Part shown: in pieces, positions 56,216-63,857 of the stretch
Layout: the number at the start of each line of letters is the position of its first letter
Position numbering within the stretch: the stretch's first letter is position 1
DNA from: Candidatus Kaiserbacteria bacterium
GTDB taxonomy: Bacteria; Patescibacteriota; Minisyncoccia; Phycocordibacterales; Phycocordibacteraceae
Reading direction: 5' to 3'
DNA length: 64,000 nucleotides
Assembly: GCA_963699165.1 (NCBI GenBank)
Contig: OY969413.1
Location: forward strand, 276,562 to 340,561
Position numbers and translations under genes: made by a program
Notes under the pieces: generated by a model
What the model was told of the DNA's origin: nothing
The model's database searches: none
The model's input: only the letters and a program-made list of their open reading frames with translations

Positions 56216-57565
56216 TCACGGCAACTGCGGTGCAGGTAGATTGAGCGATGCGCAATAGAGATTATTTATCTCACGTTGCGTCGTTTTGTATACCAGCCCG
56301 GTCGGCGTATGGTCGGTTGGAAGTCCGAACGGCACCCACGGCTTGAGAACGTCGAAGTTATATTTCAACTGGAAATCTTTGACTGCTTTTTGCGTTTGCG
56401 GCCCGAATACGCCCGTAACGGGAAGATTGCCTCCCAGGTTTGAATTAAGAAATGTTTGCAGCTTCATCACCTCGTCGGAATCGTTATTTCTATTGCTGCC
56501 CAAAAACGTTTTGAGAAGAGGCCCGCAGCCCGGAACATTCACCGCTTCGGTCGAAGTGCCGAGCACTTGGCCGGTAATAATCGGTATGCTTATCGCGCCG
56601 TTTGACACAACAACCTGTGCGGGAGGAGCAGCCGGAGGCGCCGGCGGAGTACCTATTGAGCCGCCGCCTCGGGTATCGCCCGAACCCGTGTCTGTCGTGC
56701 TTGCCGATTGCGTTGTCGAAGCAGCGCCTCCCGAATCGGACGGCGCGGGCGGCGGAGCAATCAATTGATTCAGCACTATGAGCGTTTGATTCGGATTGGC
56801 CGGCGTAAGCTGGATGTATCCGTCCGAATTTAGATTGCGGCTCGCATCGTTTGAAGAATCCGAATCGAACAATTCCGGACTATACGCTGAAAAGTCGGCT
56901 GCGGAGCGAGCAAGCCCCGTCGCTTCGTCGTCATACTTGGGCGTTGCAAATCCGGTTGTGGTGCCAATTACTTCCTGTCCGTAATAGTAGCCGCCCGAGT
57001 CCGCAAAAAGACCGCTCTGTGTGACGCATTGGGCATCGTCGCCTGCGCTTGCATCAAAAATTTTATTTGAAAGCGATAGCGGCGTCGTAAACAAATACGG
57101 ACTGAATTCGCCCGATATCGGCCCAAGCGAAGTATCGGGATCCGGCGCCAGACCGGGAATGGAAAACGTAATGCCTGCCGGAACAGAGCTTGTCGCTACA
57201 GTCCCATCTGCGTTCAATATGATATTGCAAACGGTTATGGAGCCGTACGCCGGAGGAACGTATGCGCCGCCGCCTCCGCCGCCCCAATCGTCATGTCCGC
57301 CACCGCCGTCATGATTGCCATCGTGATGGTCCGAGCCATGCCACGAATCGCTGTCTGAATCCGAATCACCGTCGTGCTGACCGCTATCTTCATCAGATTG
57401 AATGTCGCCGCCATCGCCGTGTCGCCCGCCGCTGTAATTGCCTTGACCGGCGCTGTCCTGCGCAAACACTATATGCGTCGGTATTACAAACAGAAGGAGC
57501 GCGAACGCCTGCACGACAATGGCGCCTGTAATCGTCGAACGAAGAAAACCTTTTGAATTAGTCAT
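56216..57565 (-). CDS. Secreted protein with a His/Asp/Gly-rich low-complexity region and a C-terminal peptidoglycan-binding (PG_binding_1-like) domain.
   Basis: Signal peptide (start taken at MTNSKGFLRSTITGAIVVQAFALLLFVIPTHIVFA). An HDGDSDSDSDSWHGSDHHDGNHDGGGGHDDWGGGGGG tract. C-terminal DEVMKLQTFLNSNLGGNLPVTGVFGPQTQKAVKDFQLKYNF. Confidence 0.6.
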   Translation of the reverse strand: MTNSKGFLRSTITGAIVVQAFALLLFVIPTHIVFAQDSAGQGNYSGGRHGDGGDIQSDEDSGQHDGDSDSDSDSWHGSDHHDGNHDGGGGHDDWGGGGGGAYVPPAYGSITVCNIILNADGTVATSSVPAGITFSIPGLAPDPDTSLGPISGEFSPYLFTTPLSLSNKIFDASAGDDAQCVTQSGLFADSGGYYYGQEVIGTTTGFATPKYDDEATGLARSAADFSAYSPELFDSDSSNDASRNLNSDGYIQLTPANPNQTLIVLNQLIAPPPAPSDSGGAASTTQSASTTDTGSGDTRGGGSIGTPPAPPAAPPAQVVVSNGAISIPIITGQVLGTSTEAVNVPGCGPLLKTFLGSNRNNDSDEVMKLQTFLNSNLGGNLPVTGVFGPQTQKAVKDFQLKYNFDVLKPWVPFGLPTDHTPTGLVYKTTQREINNLYCASLNLPAPQLP

Positions 57566-57785
57566 GGAATAAAAGGTAGGTAATAAGGTTAAGCCCTTAT
57601 CCCTGCAGCCGTATTTCATGAGAAATGCTTACATGCGATGCTTTAAAACATACGAATAGGTAGATTCGCCTACTGGGTTATTCAGCAGGATCACCTACTT
57701 GGTTCGCTCGCAAATTTCCGCGACTCCTAAAGAACTGCGTTTTGTAAGCCACTCGCTTCGCTCGTGGACAAATTCGTTAAAACCT

Positions 57786-57811
57786 AAAAATCCGGTGCAT
57801 ACCGGATTTTT
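57786..57811. terminator. Intrinsic terminator hairpin AAAAATCCGGT/gcat/ACCGGATTTTT (bidirectional form) just 3' of tRNA-Ala(CGC).
   Basis: Perfect 11-bp stem including A/T runs on both sides. It sits 10 nt from the tRNA 3' end on the minus strand. Confidence 0.7.
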
Positions 57812-57821
57812 TAGCGTTTTG

Positions 57822-57894
57822 TGGACCATAGCGGAGTCGAACCGCTGACCTCGTCAATGCGAATGACGCGCTCTACCAGCTGAGCTAATGGCCC
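57822..57894 (-). tRNA. tRNA-Ala (anticodon CGC), 73 nt.
   Basis: GGGCCAT/TA/GCTC-AGCTGGTA-GAGC/G/CGTCA-TTCGCAT-TGACG/AGGTC/AGCGG-TTCGACT-CCGCT/ATGGTCC/A, with G3:U70. Confidence 0.9.
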
Positions 57895-57926
57895 TTCATG
57901 ACAACGGCACGCGCTAGTATCCTATC

Positions 57927-58553
57927 TTATTTCTTTGAATGCTTCCAGCGTCTGTCCTTCTCTTTCCGGTTGACGAACCAGGAATCGGCTTCGTCGAACC
58001 ACCATGCATCGGGATGCATTTTGAGAAGTATTTTTAGGACTTTCTTCCCGGCATCGGTTTTAATCCGCTTCGCCGCGATTTTCGCCCACACATTGGCCTT
58101 CGTATTTCCTTTCACCTCTTCGGCCCGAAGCGACGCGACCCATTCAAGCTGGTCCGCGTCCTTCACGAGGCGCGCTTCAAGCGTTTTCCGCTCCTGCTCT
58201 TCGAGATACAACGCCTCGAAATCTTTTCCGAACGGTACAGCATTGGCGATATCAGCCAATGCATTCCGTTCCCCAAGTCGGCCGTAGCGTTGATGCGCGT
58301 AATTGAGATCCGAGGTTCGACCTTCGGCAATATCATGTGTAAGCGCCATGAGCACCGTTTTATTTTTATCCGCCTCCGGAGTCAGGTACGCAAGCGCATA
58401 CGCTATATACGCCGTGCGAAAGAGATGTTCCGCCACGGACTGGTGCCCGCTTCCGAGGAGCCAGAAACCCGACCGCGGAGTATTCTGATGAGCACCCATT
58501 TCATAAACGAAACGGCCGATAGATTCAATTTCATGAGACGCCGACTTTTTCAT
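57927..58553 (-). CDS. HD-domain hydrolase, YfbR-like 5'-deoxynucleotidase family.
   Basis: SVAEHLFRTAYIAYAL...MALTHDIAEGRTSDL (the H...HD...D pattern of YfbR-type HD phosphohydrolases). 208 aa. Confidence 0.7.
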   Translation of the reverse strand: MKKSASHEIESIGRFVYEMGAHQNTPRSGFWLLGSGHQSVAEHLFRTAYIAYALAYLTPEADKNKTVLMALTHDIAEGRTSDLNYAHQRYGRLGERNALADIANAVPFGKDFEALYLEEQERKTLEARLVKDADQLEWVASLRAEEVKGNTKANVWAKIAAKRIKTDAGKKVLKILLKMHPDAWWFDEADSWFVNRKEKDRRWKHSKK

Positions 58554-58635
58554 GGAAATGATTGTATCAGATCTCGCGCATCGCTCAATCCGCAGAAAGC
58601 CGAACTTCGGCCCTCGACAGGGAGATGAAACGTCT

Positions 58636-58982
58636 TCCGGCCTTCGATTCCGGACAAACGCTTCGCGTTTTCACCCCTCACTTCGTTCGGGCCGCCGGGA
58701 ATCGGTCACGGATAATTCTCTCGCCGACGCTCGAGAATTTCCGTGACCACGCCTCGCGGTTCGGCTTGCTAGCCGAACATCGCTCCGGCATTCGATTCCG
58801 GACAAACGCTTCGCGTTTTCACCCCTCACTACGTTCGGGCCGCCGGGAATCGGTCACGGATAATTCTCTCGCCGACGCTCGAGAATTTCCGTGACCACGC
58901 CTCGCGGTTCGGCTTGCTAGCCGAACATCGCTCCGGCATTCGATTCCGGACAAACGCTTCGCGTTTTCACCCCTCACTACGT
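58636..58982. repeat. Tandem repeat with a 148-bp period, about 2.3 units, abutting the 3' end of tRNA-Pro(GGG). Each full unit begins with a 19-20-nt copy of the tRNA-Pro 3' end (TTCGGGCCGCCGGGAATCG) and contains internal hairpins.
   Basis: Units at 58686-58833 and 58834-58981 plus a partial unit at ~58636-58685. The unit contains the inverted repeat GGTCACGGATAATTCTC...GAGAATTTCCGTGACC and the hairpin GTTCGGCTtgctAGCCGAAC. A few SNPs distinguish the units. Confidence 0.8.
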
Positions 58983-59053
58983 TCGGGCCGCCGGGAATCG
59001 AACCCGGTCTACATCCACCCCATGGACGCGTACTACCGGCATACTCCGGCCCG
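58983..59053 (-). tRNA. tRNA-Pro (anticodon GGG), 71 nt.
   Basis: CGGGCCG/GA/GTAT-GCCGGTA-GTAC/G/CGTCC-ATGGGGT-GGATG/TAGA/CCGGG-TTCGATT-CCCGG/CGGCCCG/A. It has the C1:G72 pair and A73 characteristic of bacterial tRNA-Pro. Confidence 0.85.
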
Positions 59054-59070
59054 CTCCGAGATGTTCCCTG

Positions 59071-59141
59071 TCGGGCCGCCGAGAATTGAACTCGGTCCTT
59101 ACGAACCCGAATCGCATGTACTACCGGCATACTCCGGCCCG
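59071..59141 (-). tRNA. tRNA-Pro (anticodon CGG), 71 nt.
   Basis: Same acceptor and D arms as the GGG isoacceptor. Anticodon arm TGCGA-TTCGGGT-TCGTA and T arm CCGAG-TTCAATT-CTCGG. C1:G72 and A73 are present. Confidence 0.85.
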
Positions 59142-59189
59142 ACATGGAACACCTCTATTTGGCGCGCATGCTTCTAAAAAATCGCGCGG

Positions 59190-59263
59190 TGGGCGGTACA
59201 GGAATCGAACCTGTGACCTTACGCGTGTGAAGCGTACGCTCTAACCGACTGAGCTAACCGCCC
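59190..59263 (-). tRNA. tRNA-Val (anticodon CAC), 74 nt.
   Basis: GGGCGGT/TA/GCTC-AGTCGGTTA-GAGC/G/TACGC-TTCACAC-GCGTA/AGGTC/ACAGG-TTCGATT-CCTGT/ACCGCCC/A. Confidence 0.9.
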
Positions 59264-59282
59264 ATACATTTAACAGGGTGCA

Positions 59283-59313
59283 CGTACGCTCTAACCAACT
59301 GAGCTAACCGCCC
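59283..59313 (-). pseudogene. Truncated duplicate of the tRNA-Val 5' half (positions 1-31, one SNP in the D-loop), 20 nt upstream of the intact gene.
   Basis: GGGCGGTTAGCTCAGTTGGTTAGAGCGTACG matches the tRNA-Val 5' half and then diverges. Confidence 0.7.
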
Positions 59314-59357
59314 GACTACAAACGGCGCGAACACGTTCCACCATACCAAATTTTGAA

Positions 59358-60293
59358 TCAGATTCCTAGACCGCTAAGCGCATGCTCGACTTCGGAAATC
59401 GGAAGTGAAAAACCGATATTTTCCGAGCCCTGCACCATCGCGACGTTTACGCCGATCGCTTCGCCTGAAAGATTTACGAGCGGGCCGCCGGAATTCCCCG
59501 GATTAATTGCCGCATCGGTTTGGATTACGCCGTTCAAGGTCTCGCTCCCGCCTTGGTCATTGGAAGCCGTAATGCTTCTATTCAAGCCGGAAATGACGCC
59601 GACCGATACCGAGTTATTGTACTGGCCGAGCGCATTCCCCACGGCAAAAACGGATTGTGCAAGACGCAACGAAGACGAGTCGCCAAGCGACACGGTCGGA
59701 TAGCCGCTTCCGGTAATTTTTACAACGGCCAAATCCTCCGTGCTTGAGCGCCACACAACCGTGCCTGTTTTCTTTGCCCCGCTTGCGAGCAGTACGGTGT
59801 AGGTCGCGTTTGCGTCAGGCACGACGTGCTTATTGGTCACAATATATCCGTTGCTGCGCACGATAAACCCCGTGCCTGCGGAAACTTGCTGGCTCGTGGT
59901 GCCGACTTGCTGATATACGGGTACTTGTATGCCGAATCCTTGAAACATCGGGTCATTGCCGAACGGATTTTCATACGTCACCTGAAGCTGCGGCACGACC
60001 TGGCTTTCGACGATGGAAACGACTGCCGGCGTGACTTTGGAGACGGCGTCTTCAAGCGAGGGCGTTTCCGATTTCTGAACGACCTGATCCCGGCGCGCAA
60101 GTTCCGCCGCATTCACAGCCGTGCTCGAGGCCGTTTGAATGACCGCGTTCGAAAGCTCGCTAATCGATGACTGCAACAATGCGACCGAGTTTGAAAGACG
60201 CTGCACTTGCTGATTCTCGTACATAAGGCCGCCGGCAACGGCAAGAGCCGCAATGAGCGCGGCGATTGAGAAAATGGTTGCTGAATTTTTCAT
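59358..60293 (-). CDS. Trypsin-like serine protease, S1C (HtrA/DegP-like) family without a PDZ domain. N-terminal membrane anchor.
   Basis: Catalytic triad context TNKHVV (His), DLAVVKI (Asp) and GNSGGPLVN (Ser). N-terminal TM (IFSIAALIAALAVAGGL). The start is taken at MKNSATIF. Confidence 0.85.
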   Translation of the reverse strand: MKNSATIFSIAALIAALAVAGGLMYENQQVQRLSNSVALLQSSISELSNAVIQTASSTAVNAAELARRDQVVQKSETPSLEDAVSKVTPAVVSIVESQVVPQLQVTYENPFGNDPMFQGFGIQVPVYQQVGTTSQQVSAGTGFIVRSNGYIVTNKHVVPDANATYTVLLASGAKKTGTVVWRSSTEDLAVVKITGSGYPTVSLGDSSSLRLAQSVFAVGNALGQYNNSVSVGVISGLNRSITASNDQGGSETLNGVIQTDAAINPGNSGGPLVNLSGEAIGVNVAMVQGSENIGFSLPISEVEHALSGLGI

Positions 60294-60378
60294 ACGGTTA
60301 TTATACCGAATTTGAAGTGAAAAATGTTGCACAAAAGCGAAAGGGCCCCGCATCCGCGGAGCCCCGTACTCGCTCTTG

Positions 60379-60792
60379 CTAGTTGAGCCACGGCGGAGGG
60401 CTCCGCCTTTTGCATTCCCCTAAATCTTCCTTGATTTTTGCTAGCCAAACTCCGTAAGCGAAGCGCCACACCTTTTCCCTGTCTGTCATCCAGCGCGCGA
60501 GTTCTTCGGCAGACGGCATTACGCCGGAGATTGGTGTACCCGTGAGCTCGTTGTACATCTGAACGTGCGTTGCACGCACGCCGAAGTCGGGCATATAATC
60601 TTCCCGTTTCGGACACGTGCCCGCAAAATTTAGATAGTCGCTTTCCGACCCGCCGTTAGTAATCCACCCTATCAGATCGCAATCCCACGCACTCACTTCT
60701 TGCGGGAAACTGCCTTCCCGCAACGACCTGTATTCTCCGGACTCATCTTTAGGATGTTCCCAGCCCTCGGCGACCCTCCTTGTTTTTAACAC
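60379..60792 (-). CDS. Hypothetical protein (137 aa).
   Basis: ORF only. Trp-rich with no known motif. Confidence 0.4.
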   Translation of the reverse strand: MLKTRRVAEGWEHPKDESGEYRSLREGSFPQEVSAWDCDLIGWITNGGSESDYLNFAGTCPKREDYMPDFGVRATHVQMYNELTGTPISGVMPSAEELARWMTDREKVWRFAYGVWLAKIKEDLGECKRRSPPPWLN

Positions 60793-61040
60793 CTTTTCAC
60801 CCTCAATTTAGAATGATCTTATCCTGTTTAGGTCATACCACGAAATTCTATTGCAGTCATCAGTCAGCGCGCCAGTCTTCTGCGTTACTGCCTCTGCCAG
60901 ATTTCAAATGCTTCGTCGAGCTCGATTTCGTTTTCGTCGGCGATTTCTTGGACTTCAAGCGCCTCGTCGTAGGTCAGTGCGTTGTCTTTTGCGAGTTCGT
61001 AGAGTTCTTGGTCCACATCATTTCATTTCAATATCCTGAG

Positions 61041-61622
61041 CTATAAATTGCCTGGATTGTCAGAAGTCGTTGTCGCGTTTTCGTACGCCGCAATCTTCCG
61101 AGCAAGGTCTTTATCGCTTTCGTACGGTTCTCCATGCTTGATCGTGTAGAGCCAGTCCATCAAATTGCCGGAGAAGGCATCATAGAAGTCATAATCATCC
61201 TCGTAAACGGTTAAGTCCTTCGGTGTTTGCATCAACACTTGTTCCTCCACAACCTTGATGCACGTATCGACTGAAGGGCTGTAGATGATCGCAGAGAGCT
61301 TCTGCTTATTGATGTAACTGCCCGCATCGAAAGTTGCCCCGCCAGCAGACCATGTTAGTTGCTGAGATTTGTTGTACCGGTCAATTTCCCGCTGGATACT
61401 TGTTTTCAAAGCCGCACACGAAGCCACCGATTCGCTCGGTGTCGTACTCGCTGGTTTATACACGAACGAAGCGGTGCTTGCAGTTTGTGTCTGTGGTGTG
61501 GGCGCATTGAGTCGGATGGCGGTCCACCCTATGGCCACAAGAATAACTACCAGGACGAGAGCGGACCGAAATAGGACATTTCCGAACCGCGGTATCCAAT
61601 TCGATATTTTCTGCGAATTCAT
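61041..61622 (-). CDS. Hypothetical membrane-anchored protein (N-terminal TM, extracytoplasmic domain).
   Basis: LFRSALVLVVILVAIGW TM segment followed by a soluble domain. No motif. Confidence 0.45.
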   Translation of the reverse strand: MNSQKISNWIPRFGNVLFRSALVLVVILVAIGWTAIRLNAPTPQTQTASTASFVYKPASTTPSESVASCAALKTSIQREIDRYNKSQQLTWSAGGATFDAGSYINKQKLSAIIYSPSVDTCIKVVEEQVLMQTPKDLTVYEDDYDFYDAFSGNLMDWLYTIKHGEPYESDKDLARKIAAYENATTTSDNPGNL

Positions 61623-61897
61623 GGCTAGAGAGATAACTTTAACATCCAGGACTTAAATATGAACTCTGGGCGCGCTGAGGAGTTGGTAGTGCCAACCCTT
61701 CTCTTTTATCTGAGAGATAAAGTCGGAGTGGCCAATTTTCTCGTCGCCTACTGGGTTCGCTCGGAAATTTCCGCGACTCCTAAAGGACTGCGTTTTGTAA
61801 GGAGATTGACGCTCAACTAGACCTGTGTTAGTATGCGAAAGGGTGCGAAGAAATGTGGCTAACCAGTTCATATTTCTGTCTCGAAAGGAGACATCAG

Positions 61898-62209
61898 GTG
61901 CCGAAAAAAATTTTGCCAATCCGGCCAGACCAAATAGTGGCCGCAAAGCAAGCGACATTCCCTGATGCGGTCATTAAGGCATTCAATGAACTCATCACCC
62001 GAGACTACAACGGCCGTTCGGCAATCGTCTATCAAAGTGAAGTCGTAGCACTGATGGTCGAGAAAGGTCTCAGCCAAGTCGAAATCACCGCGAACGACTA
62101 TCTTGATGTCGAAGACGTTTACAGGGCCTCCGGATGGAAGGTCGAATACGATGCGCCGGCCTACGGCGAAAACAGTTATCCGCCGTACTTTAAGTTCACC
62201 AAGAAATAA
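61898..62209 (+). CDS. Hypothetical protein (103 aa) with a GTG start preceded by AAGGAG.
   Basis: The RBS aaggagacatcag lies 8 nt upstream of a GTG in frame with the track ORF (61853..62209). Confidence 0.45.
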   Translation: MPKKILPIRPDQIVAAKQATFPDAVIKAFNELITRDYNGRSAIVYQSEVVALMVEKGLSQVEITANDYLDVEDVYRASGWKVEYDAPAYGENSYPPYFKFTKK

Positions 62210-62289
62210 ATCGCCAACCGCCCGCTACAGGACCGCTTCACGATCTTTTGGCGAGGCGGTTTCTGCATTCATGATTTTGAAGCGAACCT

Positions 62290-62690
62290 TTTAAAATTTG
62301 GTCAATGTATTGTCTGCTGGCTCTGCAGGGAGACGCTGCGTCTTGCGGCATCCACCAAACCAAAAATGACTGGTGCTGACCATTCTTTGTCTTTGTGGTC
62401 AGGAATAATTTGCTCGCCTCATTTAGCAAAATGACCTACTGGGTTCGCTCGCAAATTTTCACGACCCTGCCTCGCAGTCTCGCCTGCTGGCTCGACATAG
62501 CTCCGGCTTCCACAAAACCAGAAAAATCCGGTGCAGACCATGCAGAGTGTTCTGTGGTCACAAGTTGAGCATATTTCGCCAAATATGCTCACTAGCGACC
62601 CCGCCTCGCGGTTTGCTCTGCTGAGCAAACATCGCTGCGGCATCCACCAAACCAAAAATGACTGGTGCAGACCAGTCATTTTTGCGTTTG
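62290..62690. repeat. About three degenerate tandem units (~150 bp each) upstream of the tRNA-Ala(TGC) 3' end. The last unit contains the tRNA's intrinsic terminator hairpin (AAAAATGACTGG-tgcaga-CCAGTCATTTTT, 62655-62686); the earlier units carry decayed copies of it.
   Basis: Unit alignment: GCATCCACCAAACCAAAAATGACTGGTGC(T/A)GACCA... recurs at ~62336, ~62498 (more diverged) and ~62638. The preceding ~60 bp of each unit also align (CTCGC.G...CTGCTG...CGGC). Confidence 0.6.
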
Positions 62691-62691
62691 G

Positions 62692-62764
62692 TGGACCCGA
62701 GCGGACTCGAACCGCTTACCTCCTCATTGCAAATGAGGCGTTCTACCGGGTGAACTACGGGCCC
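62692..62764 (-). tRNA. tRNA-Ala (anticodon TGC), 73 nt.
   Basis: GGGCCCG/TA/GTTC-ACCCGGTA-GAAC/G/CCTCA-TTTGCAA-TGAGG/AGGTA/AGCGG-TTCGAGT-CCGCT/CGGGTCC/A, with G3:U70. Confidence 0.9.
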
Positions 62765-62894
62765 GGAATGAGGCAGTAAACAGATGCGTCTTCACATATG
62801 TTTATTCGCCGAATGAAGGGTCCGTATCGGTGCAAGCAAACGATACGGGGACCATTCACACGAGATGGCACTTGCTATCTCGTATATTTATACT

Positions 62895-63857
62895 CTACCG
62901 CGACAACGCAAGGTCCACAAGATGCGAAAGGAAGTCGGGAAATGGAACGCCGACGGCAGCGAGGGACTTCGGCAGAAGCGATTCGGTTGTGAGGCCTGGA
63001 AGCGTATTGGTCTCGAGATAGTACGTTCCTTTCGGAGACACGATGAAATCGCTGCGGGAATAATGGCGAAGGCCCAAACCGCGATGCATCACGCGCGCGG
63101 CGCGCTGAAGGTCTTCGGTAATCATCCGTGAGAAATTGCCCGGACAAATTTCCCGCGTCTCGCCGGAATATTTCGCACCGTATGAAAAGAAATCGTTTGC
63201 AGGCGGAATGATTTCAATGGTCGGGAGCGCATACAGTTTTTCTCCGCGAAGGCCTTCCACGACGCCGATGGTCGCTTCCCTGCCGCGGACAAGTTCTTCA
63301 ACGAGAACACTCGGCGCGCCTTCGGCAAAGAGCCGCTCAATGGCCGCAAGCACGGGCGCATACCCGCCGACGATTGAGACGCCGACGGAAGAACCCCATC
63401 CGACCGGCTTCACGACGACGGGCTGGTGGAATTCGCGAATGATGTCGCGCGCGGCTTCTTCGATTTGTTCCGCATTTTCAATGTAGCGATGCTCGGGCAC
63501 AAGCAGGCCGACCTCTTTCGCGCGGACTTTCGACATAAGCTTGTGCATTGCGAGATGCGAGCCGAATGAGTCGGCGCCCGCGTATTTGACGCCGAAGCGT
63601 TCCAAAAGTTTTTGCACCTGGCCGTCTTCGCCGTATTCGCCGTGGAGTCCGAGAAGAACGACATCAACCTGCCTTAAAACGCGCTCGGGCCACACGGGCT
63701 TGCCGCGGTCATGCCACAGACCCGACCTGTCAATATAAATATCTCGCGCGATGAATCGGTCCTGCGGAAGATTGGCGAGAATTGCGGAACCCGATTTGAG
63801 CGATATTTCATGCTCGCGCGAAGGTCCGCCTCGCAACACCCCGACGATGGTTTGCAT
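62895..63857 (-). CDS. ddl: D-alanine--D-alanine ligase.
   Basis: N-terminal VGVLRGGPSREHEISLKSGSAI, an ATP-grasp core (...EYGEDGQVQKLLE..., VVKPVGWGSSVGVSIV) and a C-terminal NTLPGLT motif. Confidence 0.9.
   Translation of the reverse strand: MQTIVGVLRGGPSREHEISLKSGSAILANLPQDRFIARDIYIDRSGLWHDRGKPVWPERVLRQVDVVLLGLHGEYGEDGQVQKLLERFGVKYAGADSFGSHLAMHKLMSKVRAKEVGLLVPEHRYIENAEQIEEAARDIIREFHQPVVVKPVGWGSSVGVSIVGGYAPVLAAIERLFAEGAPSVLVEELVRGREATIGVVEGLRGEKLYALPTIEIIPPANDFFSYGAKYSGETREICPGNFSRMITEDLQRAARVMHRGLGLRHYSRSDFIVSPKGTYYLETNTLPGLTTESLLPKSLAAVGVPFPDFLSHLVDLALSR

Noticed and set aside
58562-58894. A 110-aa ORF, and the possibility of a CRISPR array, in the 58.6-59.0 kb repeats.
   Set aside because: The region is a 148-bp-period tandem repeat with no short repeat/unique spacer alternation. 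The ORF is an artefact of the repeats. There is no CRISPR.
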